Source: a virus
Lineage: Duplodnaviria; Caudoviricetes
Direction: 5' to 3' (one strand)
IMG/VR virus record: IMGVR_UViG_3300011008_000016
Span: 128,001 to 192,000 of that record
Length of the DNA stretch: 64,000 nucleotides
Of this stretch, positions 30,903-40,125 are shown piece by piece (the stretch's first letter is position 1; each line of letters begins with the position of its first letter). The position numbers and the translations under genes are program-made. The notes beneath the pieces are model-generated. The model made no database searches and was not told the DNA's origin. It saw only the letters and a program-made list of their open reading frames with translations.

Positions 30903-32099
30903 TTATTCCTCCCTACTCTTTATTCTATTATCTTTTGGATTTATTACCTCCAGAATGTTTTCTAAAGGAATGTTAGCTCCGTTTTTTCTTTTGATATAAG
31001 ACGCTATACGAGCTTCATTCCTCATAGTTTTGTCATACAAGTAGGGACGTTCTTCTATTTTCTTTTCTGTAACTTCTTCTAAATTGATATCTTCTTCATT
31101 TTCTGTATCCTCTTTATTTACAATGTCCATCATTAAGTGTACTTTCGGAGTATTACCAAATGACGACATAATGAAATCCTTTATTGTAATGAAGTTGGGC
31201 AAAGATGAATCAATGACAACCAATAGCCGAAGTTTATCTGCACCATCAATCTTCTTATTTATTCTTTGACGAATTCGATTATTTAATTCATCCAGTTCCA
31301 CTTCTTTCTTTATAGAAATAGCAACTGTTGGAAGTATTGGTGCATATTCATTCTCTAAATATTCTTCAAATGCCAATTTCGTACTGGTGTCATACCATGT
31401 GAAATACATTCCACAAGGACCATCTTTATCAAATTCCCATCTGCTAACGGGACCAATTGATTTGAATCTTCCATCTGGACCAGCAGCTTTATTGTAATGC
31501 CAGTGTCCGAAATAACAATAATTCCCAATCTCACATAACTGGTCGACGTCGAATACAGTAGCCGAAGAATGTTCTACTGTATTCTTTCCTTTCATATACC
31601 ACATAAGGCTTGTAGGACCATGACCAAATATAAAGTCATAATGACGTGAGAAGTATTCTTTATAATAGATATTGCTATCAACAACGTATTCTTCTGGAAG
31701 ATATAAGATATCCATACCTTTAAATGATTCTGTATCAACGGTATGAATAAAGCGAATACGGTCTTTATCTAAGATTTGATCGCATATGACCTCTAAGGTT
31801 TCTAATTGCTTTGCGTCATGACCACTGGTGCCTTCTATAAATCGAAACTGGGTATCATATTCTCTGGTCATGTCGAAAAGTTCTTTCATTATATTAAAAT
31901 ACAACTTGACCGTATCTGACGATAGATACTCTTTCATATCAAAAGTATCTCCTGCAACAACGAAAAGGTCAAGTTGTTTTGTTTTATCAAGTTTATGCTT
32001 TACTGTACGTAATAACTCCAATCGGAATCTATTCGGGTCTGTTGCCCCTAGATGCCAATCTGCTGATATCATTATAGATACTACTGGAGATTTCTTCAT
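30903..32099 (-). CDS. sbcD: SbcD/Mre11-like metallophosphoesterase nuclease
   Basis: ADWHLG, AGDTFD, GT.GHD, FGHG, GHWH. Confidence 0.85.
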   Translation of the reverse strand: MKKSPVVSIMISADWHLGATDPNRFRLELLRTVKHKLDKTKQLDLFVVAGDTFDMKEYLSSDTVKLYFNIMKELFDMTREYDTQFRFIEGTSGHDAKQLETLEVICDQILDKDRIRFIHTVDTESFKGMDILYLPEEYVVDSNIYYKEYFSRHYDFIFGHGPTSLMWYMKGKNTVEHSSATVFDVDQLCEIGNYCYFGHWHYNKAAGPDGRFKSIGPVSRWEFDKDGPCGMYFTWYDTSTKLAFEEYLENEYAPILPTVAISIKKEVELDELNNRIRQRINKKIDGADKLRLLVVIDSSLPNFITIKDFIMSSFGNTPKVHLMMDIVNKEDTENEEDINLEEVTEKKIEERPYLYDKTMRNEARIASYIKRKNGANIPLENILEVINPKDNRIKSREE

Positions 32100-32769
32100 T
32101 TGTAGTACCTCCTTCCATCTTTGTATCGTTCAATAAATAATATATATCTCGTAACTTATTAAAAATTGCGAGTTCTTTCTGGCATTCCTCTGTTTTACGG
32201 ATATTCATCATTCCTTCTACAGTAACTCTTTGAAGAAGTATGATTCCAACATATTTAACAGGTAGATTATATACTTCTTCTAACAACTGAGCATATCCCA
32301 TAAGCTGCATCCAATGGGAATTATAAACATTCTTAGATGTCTTTAAGTCTAAAATCATGAGACAATCCTCTTTTCGATTATATACAAGCATATCCAATGT
32401 TCCACCATATGTAGAACCTTCCATTGGAAGTTCTAATGATACTATCTCAATCTCGGATTGTTCAAAAAATAATTCAAGTATTCTAAATCGGTACATTACC
32501 ATATCGTAATGATTCTTATCCAGAAAATCATCATGTCCTTTTGTATATAGAAATCCTTTTTTATTGAAGTAGATTTCAAACAATTTATGACAATGGGTTC
32601 CAAATGCAGCCTTTTCTTCTAAGTAAATTCTTGTATTGATTCTTTTGAAACCCATATAATTTGCCCAACCAACTAATTCTGGTTTATCAAGTAACTTTAC
32701 TATCTCAGTGCATGACGGAATTTCTTTTCCATTATGATAGTAATTGCGGTGTTCGTCTTCTCTTTCCAT
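32029..32769 (-). CDS. PD-(D/E)xK exonuclease
   Basis: PSCTEI, GTHCH, E, GGTLD, ILDLKTS, QL.GY. Confidence 0.85.
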   Translation of the reverse strand: MEREDEHRNYYHNGKEIPSCTEIVKLLDKPELVGWANYMGFKRINTRIYLEEKAAFGTHCHKLFEIYFNKKGFLYTKGHDDFLDKNHYDMVMYRFRILELFFEQSEIEIVSLELPMEGSTYGGTLDMLVYNRKEDCLMILDLKTSKNVYNSHWMQLMGYAQLLEEVYNLPVKYVGIILLQRVTVEGMMNIRKTEECQKELAIFNKLRDIYYLLNDTKMEGGTTNEEISSSIYNDISRLASRGNRPE

Positions 32770-32850
32770 TCTAACACCTCCTTTAACAATAAAAAATCGT
32801 TTTAGGGTCTTGTGGATTTTGATATAATAACCTACCCTGATATAAAAATA

Positions 32851-33336
32851 AAACTACATATACAAAAAAAGTAATCGGGGAGTCTTTATCACTCCACCGA
32901 TTACTCCGACGTGAACAGGAATACACGTCTTCCTTCTATGGCTTAATAACCATATGCACCCGGCATATAATTATATAGCATCACGTCGGGATTTCTTCTG
33001 ATACCAGTGTGTTGGGACTCAACAGTAGTAGTTGAGTTATAATGAGGTAACACATCTGGTAATGCTCTCGTGGCCCGTGTGATATACGGGTCGTAAGATT
33101 TCCCATACTGAATCACGTTTGCGATTTGATTCAGTATGGGAAATCTTTTGTCAAGCATATTCACAAATTCTTGCTGATTCTTAGTCATTATCTCAATCCT
33201 CCTTTCTAAATACTCGATATAGCTTCGCATCTCCTTTCTTCAGATTTATTCATTTATATACCTCCTTTCATATGTATTTTATCCACTATATCTAAGTATT
33301 TAATATATTTACAAAATCTCTGTGAACCGGATTTTT
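32851..33336 (-). repeat. early cassette copy A (promoter, triple-SD leader, hairpin peptide gene, terminator)
   Basis: 42-nt leader identical to 47171-47212; terminator identical to 46898-46931; 10-21-10 hairpin at 33101-33141. Confidence 0.85.
32943..33188 (-). CDS. small PIL-x7-QYG family protein, copy A (81 aa from the SD-led ATG)
   Basis: AAAGGAGG RBS; homologous to 46957-47226 and 55970-56137. Confidence 0.65.
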   Translation of the reverse strand: MTKNQQEFVNMLDKRFPILNQIANVIQYGKSYDPYITRATRALPDVLPHYNSTTTVESQHTGIRRNPDVMLYNYMPGAYGY

Positions 33337-33398
33337 AAATTTCTCTAAAATATGGGCCATTTCCACAAAAAAATAATAATTGAAGGAGGTGACATAAT

Positions 33399-34652
33399 AT
33401 GTCTATCACAATGTCAAACCCCTCTATTGTACATACATTTGGTAATGTCGCTTGCGTGGCTATAGAATATATGAAATCTTTCTTTGGGGATGATTACTTT
33501 ACGAAGATTCATGTTAGTACTAAAATGTCACATCGACAGTTAGATGTATTCCGTGCAAAAACGGGGTTTTGGAAGAATAAAAAACCAATGTTAGTTCTTA
33601 GACCAAGAATTGATTGGGACGGAACCAGTAACTGGTTTTATGGTTCCACAATGATGTCTCGGGTAACACATAGTAGATCTCCAATGGAATTTGCAGATTT
33701 AGTTCCATTAATTCGTGACCCAGAGCATATGTTAGAAGTGCAATTTCTATGGAATCGGTATAGAGTAGTATATGACGTTGTAATCATACTGGAAACTTAC
33801 AATCAACAGGTCAATATCATGAATGATTTAAGGAACCAGCTTGATATTGATTGTCCATATCCAATTCCTACGTACTTAGAAGCTTATATCCCGAAAAGTG
33901 TTGTTTATTCAGTTGCAGAATATTTAGGAATTGATAAAAATGATACACCTCGGATACTGGAGTATTGGAATACAATGTCCCCAGTACCGATTACTTATAA
34001 GCTTCACAAAGGCTCAGGAAATCATGAATTCTTTATGTTGTATCCGACCAAAGTTGAAGTTTTAAGTACAGATGTATCACCAGATGATGGAGAGACGAGG
34101 GGTCTCGTTAGTGATACATTTACTATAGGATTATCTTTATCATTAGAGTTTAATGCTGTAGGTGTATGGTATACATTCCTTAAAGATGATATTGATGAAT
34201 TCCGTAGGGCTCAAATAGACGAAAACTTGAGGTCTAATGGAAAAAATAAACAAGATCATATAATTCCTATATCATCTATTCCCCTTGGATATGATTTAGG
34301 ATTGGAAAAAGGATGGAAGATATTAGAATCTCCTATGTATTTTCCTACTCCTGATAAAACAGGTCTTGATGTTACAGATATCAGTTCCATTTTGGATATG
34401 ACATCAGTGAGGGGACTCATCAAACATCATCAAAAAATGAATATCCCTTTAGAGGAATTCATTAAGTTCAGAGTATTTTGCGGTACAAAAGAGTTACAAA
34501 GAGGAGTAAATGGGTTTGATATAGATTTGAATAATAAGTGCATCTATACTTATAACGCAGACTATACGCAATCCCATAGAATATTTGTAATCATCAATTC
34601 CATGGCAATTAACAATATGGCAACTGAAATTACAAATTTCGATAAAACTTAA
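33399..34652 (+). CDS. hypothetical protein, probable virion structural
   Basis: AAGGAGGTG RBS; late-type promoter 33364-33375. Confidence 0.8.
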   Translation: MSITMSNPSIVHTFGNVACVAIEYMKSFFGDDYFTKIHVSTKMSHRQLDVFRAKTGFWKNKKPMLVLRPRIDWDGTSNWFYGSTMMSRVTHSRSPMEFADLVPLIRDPEHMLEVQFLWNRYRVVYDVVIILETYNQQVNIMNDLRNQLDIDCPYPIPTYLEAYIPKSVVYSVAEYLGIDKNDTPRILEYWNTMSPVPITYKLHKGSGNHEFFMLYPTKVEVLSTDVSPDDGETRGLVSDTFTIGLSLSLEFNAVGVWYTFLKDDIDEFRRAQIDENLRSNGKNKQDHIIPISSIPLGYDLGLEKGWKILESPMYFPTPDKTGLDVTDISSILDMTSVRGLIKHHQKMNIPLEEFIKFRVFCGTKELQRGVNGFDIDLNNKCIYTYNADYTQSHRIFVIINSMAINNMATEITNFDKT

Positions 34653-34687
34653 TCAGAACACTATACTAAGCGTGTGAGGCGAACATT

Positions 34688-34921
34688 ATGGCATTATTAA
34701 ACGTAGAAGAAGCAACTAAAGACTTTGAAGAGAAGTTAGAAAGTGGTTTTTTCAAAAGCCGATATCCAGAACCTCAGGGTTATATTGATCCTGACAATGA
34801 ATATGACCCAGATGATATTGAGGGCGGATACTCTAAGTACAAAGCTCAACGGGACACGGATGCAGTTATTGCATTCGCGAAATCGGATGCGTTCAAGGAA
34901 TTATTGAACGCTATAACGTGA
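34688..34921 (+). CDS. small acidic hypothetical protein
   Basis: Late-type promoter 34657-34668; GAGG RBS. Confidence 0.65.
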   Translation: MALLNVEEATKDFEEKLESGFFKSRYPEPQGYIDPDNEYDPDDIEGGYSKYKAQRDTDAVIAFAKSDAFKELLNAIT

Positions 34922-35141
34922 CAATTCGTTGACGGTCATCAGAAAAAGAAACCAACCTCATCCGGAAAGAAGCCGGAACAATCAAATGGAAATTGTAAAG
35001 GTTGTGAAGACACGATTCCTTTGAGAACGTGATAAAAATAGGTATGTGGATACAAAAATGAATGACCGATAATCAACGGATTTGTAATATAAAGAGAGAC
35101 TGGTAGTAGGATTTCGATTCCTCTATCAGTCTCTCACCTCT

Positions 35142-36533
35142 TTAACAAATCTTCACACCGATAAGGGTATTTCCGTCCATGATATACTCAGATGGATTCC
35201 AATCACTCCTAAGCATCTGGTAATCATAAGTACAGGAGAATCGTTTCATTAATTCATCCTCATACTGGATATACCTATCTAACGAATGGCATTTATATGT
35301 AATGGTTGCAAGTTTATGCAACCTGTCAACCGTATCCATATCCATGGAGGTACCGGTGCTAACATTAACAGTTCTGCAAAGAGACACAAGTTCAGATGTT
35401 CTGCTATGATCTCTAAACCATTCTCTAAATTCCGAATTAGACCTATTTAATGAGTAACATAATTCCAGTAGTTCAGAATGTGACTGTTTCGCCAAAGCTC
35501 TAACAGTCAATATACCATGGTTCTTATACAATGATAAAATTGCACCATTTTTAAGAAGGTCATTCATCTTAATATTGCCATTATTGTCATTATATGGGCG
35601 TTTCGGTCGTTGTTTTAATTCTTTCTCTTTCTCTTTTTCTTCCTTCTTTTTTTCTTTTTCCACCTTTCGTGCTATTCTTTCTTCCCGTTTACGTTCACGG
35701 AGTTCTTCCAATTTCCTCTGCTCTTCTTTTTTACGTTCTCGTTCTTCCTTTCTCTCTCTTTCTTTTTCTATACACTCACGCTCGATTTTCTTTTTCCATA
35801 ACGTATTGGATAAGCTGTATAAATTATCCGTTAATATCTCTAATGTTATAGTAGATACTATATTTAATGCATCTATATTCTTGATAAAGATATCTTTTTG
35901 AGATATCACAGACTTATATGCCGTCCATATTACATTGAATATCGCTTCTAACCTAACTATATGATCACGGCGAATATCATATGCTTCATACGAATACCCT
36001 AAAATATAAGAGTATACAATGTATATACACTTCAAATACGTAATGCATATATTGCATTTGTTTAGTAGACGATTTATATAGCCTATCATATCCCTTGGAA
36101 CATTAACATCTTCATCGGTATTTCCGTCTAACCATGTAGGCGACGCGAACCACCCTCTAACAACATCTATCGGAAATTCAGAATCTTGATTGTAATAATC
36201 CATGTTACTAAAATCATCATCTAAGTCTTCAGATAATTGAAACAACATGAGTTCTACTATTCTATTTTCTTTCCAGTCGATTTTAGTTGGATTCATCCGA
36301 ATTATCGGATGATTTAATTTAATGATGTCATTCCTTTGCGTAATTAGACGAATAGAATCTAAAACCTCCTTAAAATTTACTTCATACAATTGACTTAAAT
36401 TTTCCAATGCAGCTAATCCCTTAACAACATTTAGTTTTGTCGCATTATCATAAACATAAGGCATTGACTTCCAAGAATATACCTTATATTCATACCCTAT
36501 TTTGCCAACCCCTATTTTATTACCCATCCCCAA
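35142..36533 (-). CDS. early hypothetical protein with E/R/K charged helix and possible alpha-CTD/HhH-like segment
   Basis: Boxed early promoter 36587-36621; KEREREKEERERKK-type run; HGILTVRALAKQSHSELL. Confidence 0.75.
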   Translation of the reverse strand: MGMGNKIGVGKIGYEYKVYSWKSMPYVYDNATKLNVVKGLAALENLSQLYEVNFKEVLDSIRLITQRNDIIKLNHPIIRMNPTKIDWKENRIVELMLFQLSEDLDDDFSNMDYYNQDSEFPIDVVRGWFASPTWLDGNTDEDVNVPRDMIGYINRLLNKCNICITYLKCIYIVYSYILGYSYEAYDIRRDHIVRLEAIFNVIWTAYKSVISQKDIFIKNIDALNIVSTITLEILTDNLYSLSNTLWKKKIERECIEKERERKEERERKKEEQRKLEELRERKREERIARKVEKEKKKEEKEKEKELKQRPKRPYNDNNGNIKMNDLLKNGAILSLYKNHGILTVRALAKQSHSELLELCYSLNRSNSEFREWFRDHSRTSELVSLCRTVNVSTGTSMDMDTVDRLHKLATITYKCHSLDRYIQYEDELMKRFSCTYDYQMLRSDWNPSEYIMDGNTLIGVKIC

Positions 36534-36680
36534 TCTCCTTTCTTTTTGGTAACTATTGGAATGATACTATTATTCATCTATTAATTTAATATAGTATTAA
36601 CTTATGCTTAGAATGGATTTTGCTTAAAAGCCCCTATAGACCACAATATCATAAATCTTATGTAAAGGAGGTTTACAGGT

Positions 36681-39600
36681 ATGGATATGACAGTAAAAAC
36701 CCCGAAAGAAGAATACATCGACACAATTGATGATTTAACGATACCGGAAGACGTTCTCTATACGAACAATACGTTTAATCTCAATGCACTCAACGAAACA
36801 CTTGAGCGTCTTTCTCTTATCAACTTCTGGAGTTTATACCAAACCCAAAAAGTCAGGCTCCATATGGAACGGTTTGATATTCCGTTTCGGGAGTTTAAAC
36901 CCACATATCGGTTACCCGGTGAACGGGGTAAAGATTACTTTCCAAAGCGTAATATCGCTTATATAGACTATCAGTTTATCCATGCAGAGCTTCGGAGAAA
37001 GTTCAGAAATTCAGAGTTCTTTAATAAAGCTCTAAATCAGGAAACGATTGCGGCGAATCCTGATTTGTTCCGTTGGAACCATCTTGTATTCATAGATGGA
37101 AATTACATCTCGACGACCGAAGTATATCCGATGGAAGCAAAAACTGGAATCATTATCGACGTTGAGAGTAATCATAATGAACACGGTCTTACTTATATAG
37201 ATTACAATAACTATACGGAACGTAATGCCACTGTGACAGTACTAATGGTACCATCTTTTAAATTTGCTATGGTAGATACGAACCAATATGTCATTGATAA
37301 TTACCATGGAAGAATTCCATTTAGTAAGATACCGGGTTCGGAAACTTTCACAGAAAATACATTATGCCTTCTGAATGCAGAAGAGTTGATATGTAGAAGA
37401 TTCTTTTCAGATAGAATCAAAGTTGATGTTGATAATCAGATTGTTCGGTTTATGGGCAATCTGGATGCGGGTGGAAACAAGTATCGACTTTGTTTCATCA
37501 CCTTTGATTTTCTTTTTGCAAAAAAGGAATTTACCAAAGAGAATCCATACATTCAGCTTAATGAAGCAAAGATGCCTTGTCCGAAAGAGCAAATTTTCTT
37601 CTTAACGAAAAAGGCTGGCGAAATCAGATACTTCTTTAACGCCAATATAAAAACGGAGATGTATTATCCAAACATCTATAAGTTCTCTGGATTGGAAGAT
37701 GATGAAACAGGCATTGCAATTATTCTTCAAGATGAGGATAGTGTATCCCGATCTGAAGAGTATATGAATGAGTTACAGAAGTACGAAGAATATATTGAAA
37801 TGCTTCCGAGATATCAGAATGATTCTATCCCGGAAATCTTAAAGACATACAGACCTTCCATGTTTACTTATTCTATTAAGGATTACGAAAGTTCTGTTTA
37901 TGTACCAGATACTATGAACTACAAAGTCCAGAAACTTCATAAAACCATCTATGAGAATCCTTGGGCTTTGGTGGTTTATTTGGATTTGCTTAATCTTCCC
38001 ATGGATAAATTCTATTTGGATATGGAAAAGATTGATTTATCTAACCGTATTCGTCTGGATTCATCCAGAGAAGAAGTTGATAGTGGTACAAAGTTGGTTA
38101 CATTTGATGAACCAAGGTATGTCTTTGCTATGAATCGGCATTTTGTCGATACAAGGAGTTACGGTTTTAGAATATTCATTGATGGATATTTCCAACTTGA
38201 TAATACTTATACGGTACTATCCGGTCCGAACTTCTATTTCATCTATATTCCGGTAAGTAAGATTACGGAAACTTCTATGATAGAGATTGAACGGTATAAG
38301 CTGTTTACTATCGAGAAACGTGGTGTTGTAGTAGACACATCAACTCCTGTTATTGAGATTGATTTCTCTCAAGACAGACATATGTTTGGTTATTCAAGAG
38401 AAATCTATGCTGTGGACATGGAGACAAGATTCTTCATTCCTAAGAAGTACTTAAAGATTGAAGTGCTTTATGGATTTACAGAACGGGCTCAGAAGTGGGT
38501 AACAATTCCTGAGCAAAGGAACATCCCTCTGGAAAATAAAGTTCGTGTGACAGTCCTCAATGAAGCATATGTCGGAAAGACTGTAAGAATTGGTATTCAG
38601 AGAAAACTTGCAATGTCCACAGGAGACGTATTCCATGAAGCAGATGCAAATAAGGCTTCACCATTCTGGTATGCTAAAGGGGAAATCACCAACTTTGGTG
38701 AATTTGATAGAGGTAATTATCGTATCTTTAACAAGGGTAGGATGTTACTTCCTATTCAGTATTATATCAATCTCTCTGAGAAGTATGGTGGAAAGGATTT
38801 CTTTAGAACCAGTTGTGAACTTCACGAAGGTGACCAATTTACCATTGACCATGTTCCTGCACAATTCCGTGTTGTATATTATCAATATGAAGTTGATTCC
38901 GTGAACAAGAAAGGTTACGTTGACCTTGATGGAAAGATTGCGTTACCTATTTCTTTGAAGTGGTATGATATCTATCTGAATGGACGCAAGCTCCATAAAA
39001 AGAATATCGAAATTATATCTCCTACTAAATTCTATATTGAAGGAGTAGAATCCAGAAAGCATCTTATTATAGTTGCTAAGAATAGGGATACTGAGATTTT
39101 CCATCTTCCTTATTATGAGGATAAGATGGATGAACCCGTTAAGATTGATTGGAATAATACTATCATAGATGATTTGATGAATGTCATTTATGATTTGAAA
39201 GAGACGATTGACAATACAAAACCAACAATCGAAAACGAGGAAGGAGAGATTGCCACGAATGTTGCTAAGAACATTGACGGATTAGTATTCTTCTTTGAAT
39301 ACATGATGTACACGTTCATTAACGCAAATAAGAGGCAAATCACACAAGAATTTAAGGAGCTATTCCCGTCTCTGCTTACAGAGAACGCGATTATGCCAAT
39401 CGACAGTAACGATGGTGCAATTAAGAATAACGAGATATCTGGTTACTTGATTAAAGCCATCGATTGTAATATACAGAAAGGAGAGGAAGACATGTTCACA
39501 GATCCTAACGTGAATTATGACGGTATAGGTGCGTTACAAGATCGTTTTGCTTTACGCCCTTTGAATACCGATAATTACGAGTATGGTTTACGTGAAGAGT

Positions 39601-40106
39601 TCATGACTGATCCAAATACAGCGGAACCTGCTCTTGTGAATGCAGATGGTACAGTAACTGCTATCAGTACAATGACACGTTTAAACCATCATATTGAAGA
39701 CTTCAGTAGTAAGATTACTACATACGGTATGGGTCGGGCTGATATTTATCAGATTACATTCGATAATGAGTATAAGACTGCTCTTTATACGGCAGGTGAA
39801 AATATGCTCACAGAAGAAATCGAAACACCTGAACCGGTGCTACGAGTTTGTCTTGGTCTCGATACGACATTCCTTGCTCAGTATGGAGATTGTAAGATGC
39901 TCAAAGTGGCAGACATTGATCCGATTGTTACAATCGGATATAAACTTGACGGAGAACCAAAGGAAATGTCCTGTAAGCTTACTCGCTTAAAGGATAATGC
40001 AATCGAAGCAGAAAACAAAGTGGTTACACTGGATAGCATCGTTATGACGGATATTCCGGATACAATAACGAAGATATTCATCCACTCAATTCTGTTAGCA
40101 TTCTGA
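36681..40106 (+). CDS. large virion structural protein (tail/baseplate-like)
   Basis: 1141 aa; repeated beta-rich (I/V)F(I)DG/YLNG units; late-type promoter 36642-36653; AAAGGAGGT RBS. Confidence 0.75.
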   Translation: MDMTVKTPKEEYIDTIDDLTIPEDVLYTNNTFNLNALNETLERLSLINFWSLYQTQKVRLHMERFDIPFREFKPTYRLPGERGKDYFPKRNIAYIDYQFIHAELRRKFRNSEFFNKALNQETIAANPDLFRWNHLVFIDGNYISTTEVYPMEAKTGIIIDVESNHNEHGLTYIDYNNYTERNATVTVLMVPSFKFAMVDTNQYVIDNYHGRIPFSKIPGSETFTENTLCLLNAEELICRRFFSDRIKVDVDNQIVRFMGNLDAGGNKYRLCFITFDFLFAKKEFTKENPYIQLNEAKMPCPKEQIFFLTKKAGEIRYFFNANIKTEMYYPNIYKFSGLEDDETGIAIILQDEDSVSRSEEYMNELQKYEEYIEMLPRYQNDSIPEILKTYRPSMFTYSIKDYESSVYVPDTMNYKVQKLHKTIYENPWALVVYLDLLNLPMDKFYLDMEKIDLSNRIRLDSSREEVDSGTKLVTFDEPRYVFAMNRHFVDTRSYGFRIFIDGYFQLDNTYTVLSGPNFYFIYIPVSKITETSMIEIERYKLFTIEKRGVVVDTSTPVIEIDFSQDRHMFGYSREIYAVDMETRFFIPKKYLKIEVLYGFTERAQKWVTIPEQRNIPLENKVRVTVLNEAYVGKTVRIGIQRKLAMSTGDVFHEADANKASPFWYAKGEITNFGEFDRGNYRIFNKGRMLLPIQYYINLSEKYGGKDFFRTSCELHEGDQFTIDHVPAQFRVVYYQYEVDSVNKKGYVDLDGKIALPISLKWYDIYLNGRKLHKKNIEIISPTKFYIEGVESRKHLIIVAKNRDTEIFHLPYYEDKMDEPVKIDWNNTIIDDLMNVIYDLKETIDNTKPTIENEEGEIATNVAKNIDGLVFFFEYMMYTFINANKRQITQEFKELFPSLLTENAIMPIDSNDGAIKNNEISGYLIKAIDCNIQKGEEDMFTDPNVNYDGIGALQDRFALRPLNTDNYEYGLREEFMTDPNTAEPALVNADGTVTAISTMTRLNHHIEDFSSKITTYGMGRADIYQITFDNEYKTALYTAGENMLTEEIETPEPVLRVCLGLDTTFLAQYGDCKMLKVADIDPIVTIGYKLDGEPKEMSCKLTRLKDNAIEAENKVVTLDSIVMTDIPDTITKIFIHSILLAF

Positions 40107-40125
40107 TGAAAGGTGGTGAAAGGCT

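Noticed and set aside
32029-32769. Cas4 as evidence of a CRISPR system
   Set aside because: Generic PD-(D/E)xK nuclease in a recombination/replication operon, lacking the Cas4 Fe-S cysteine cluster and other cas genes
34919-35034. Frame stays open for 36 codons (including CKGC) past the TGA of the 77-aa gene; possible readthrough
   Set aside because: Length is compatible with chance and there is no independent support
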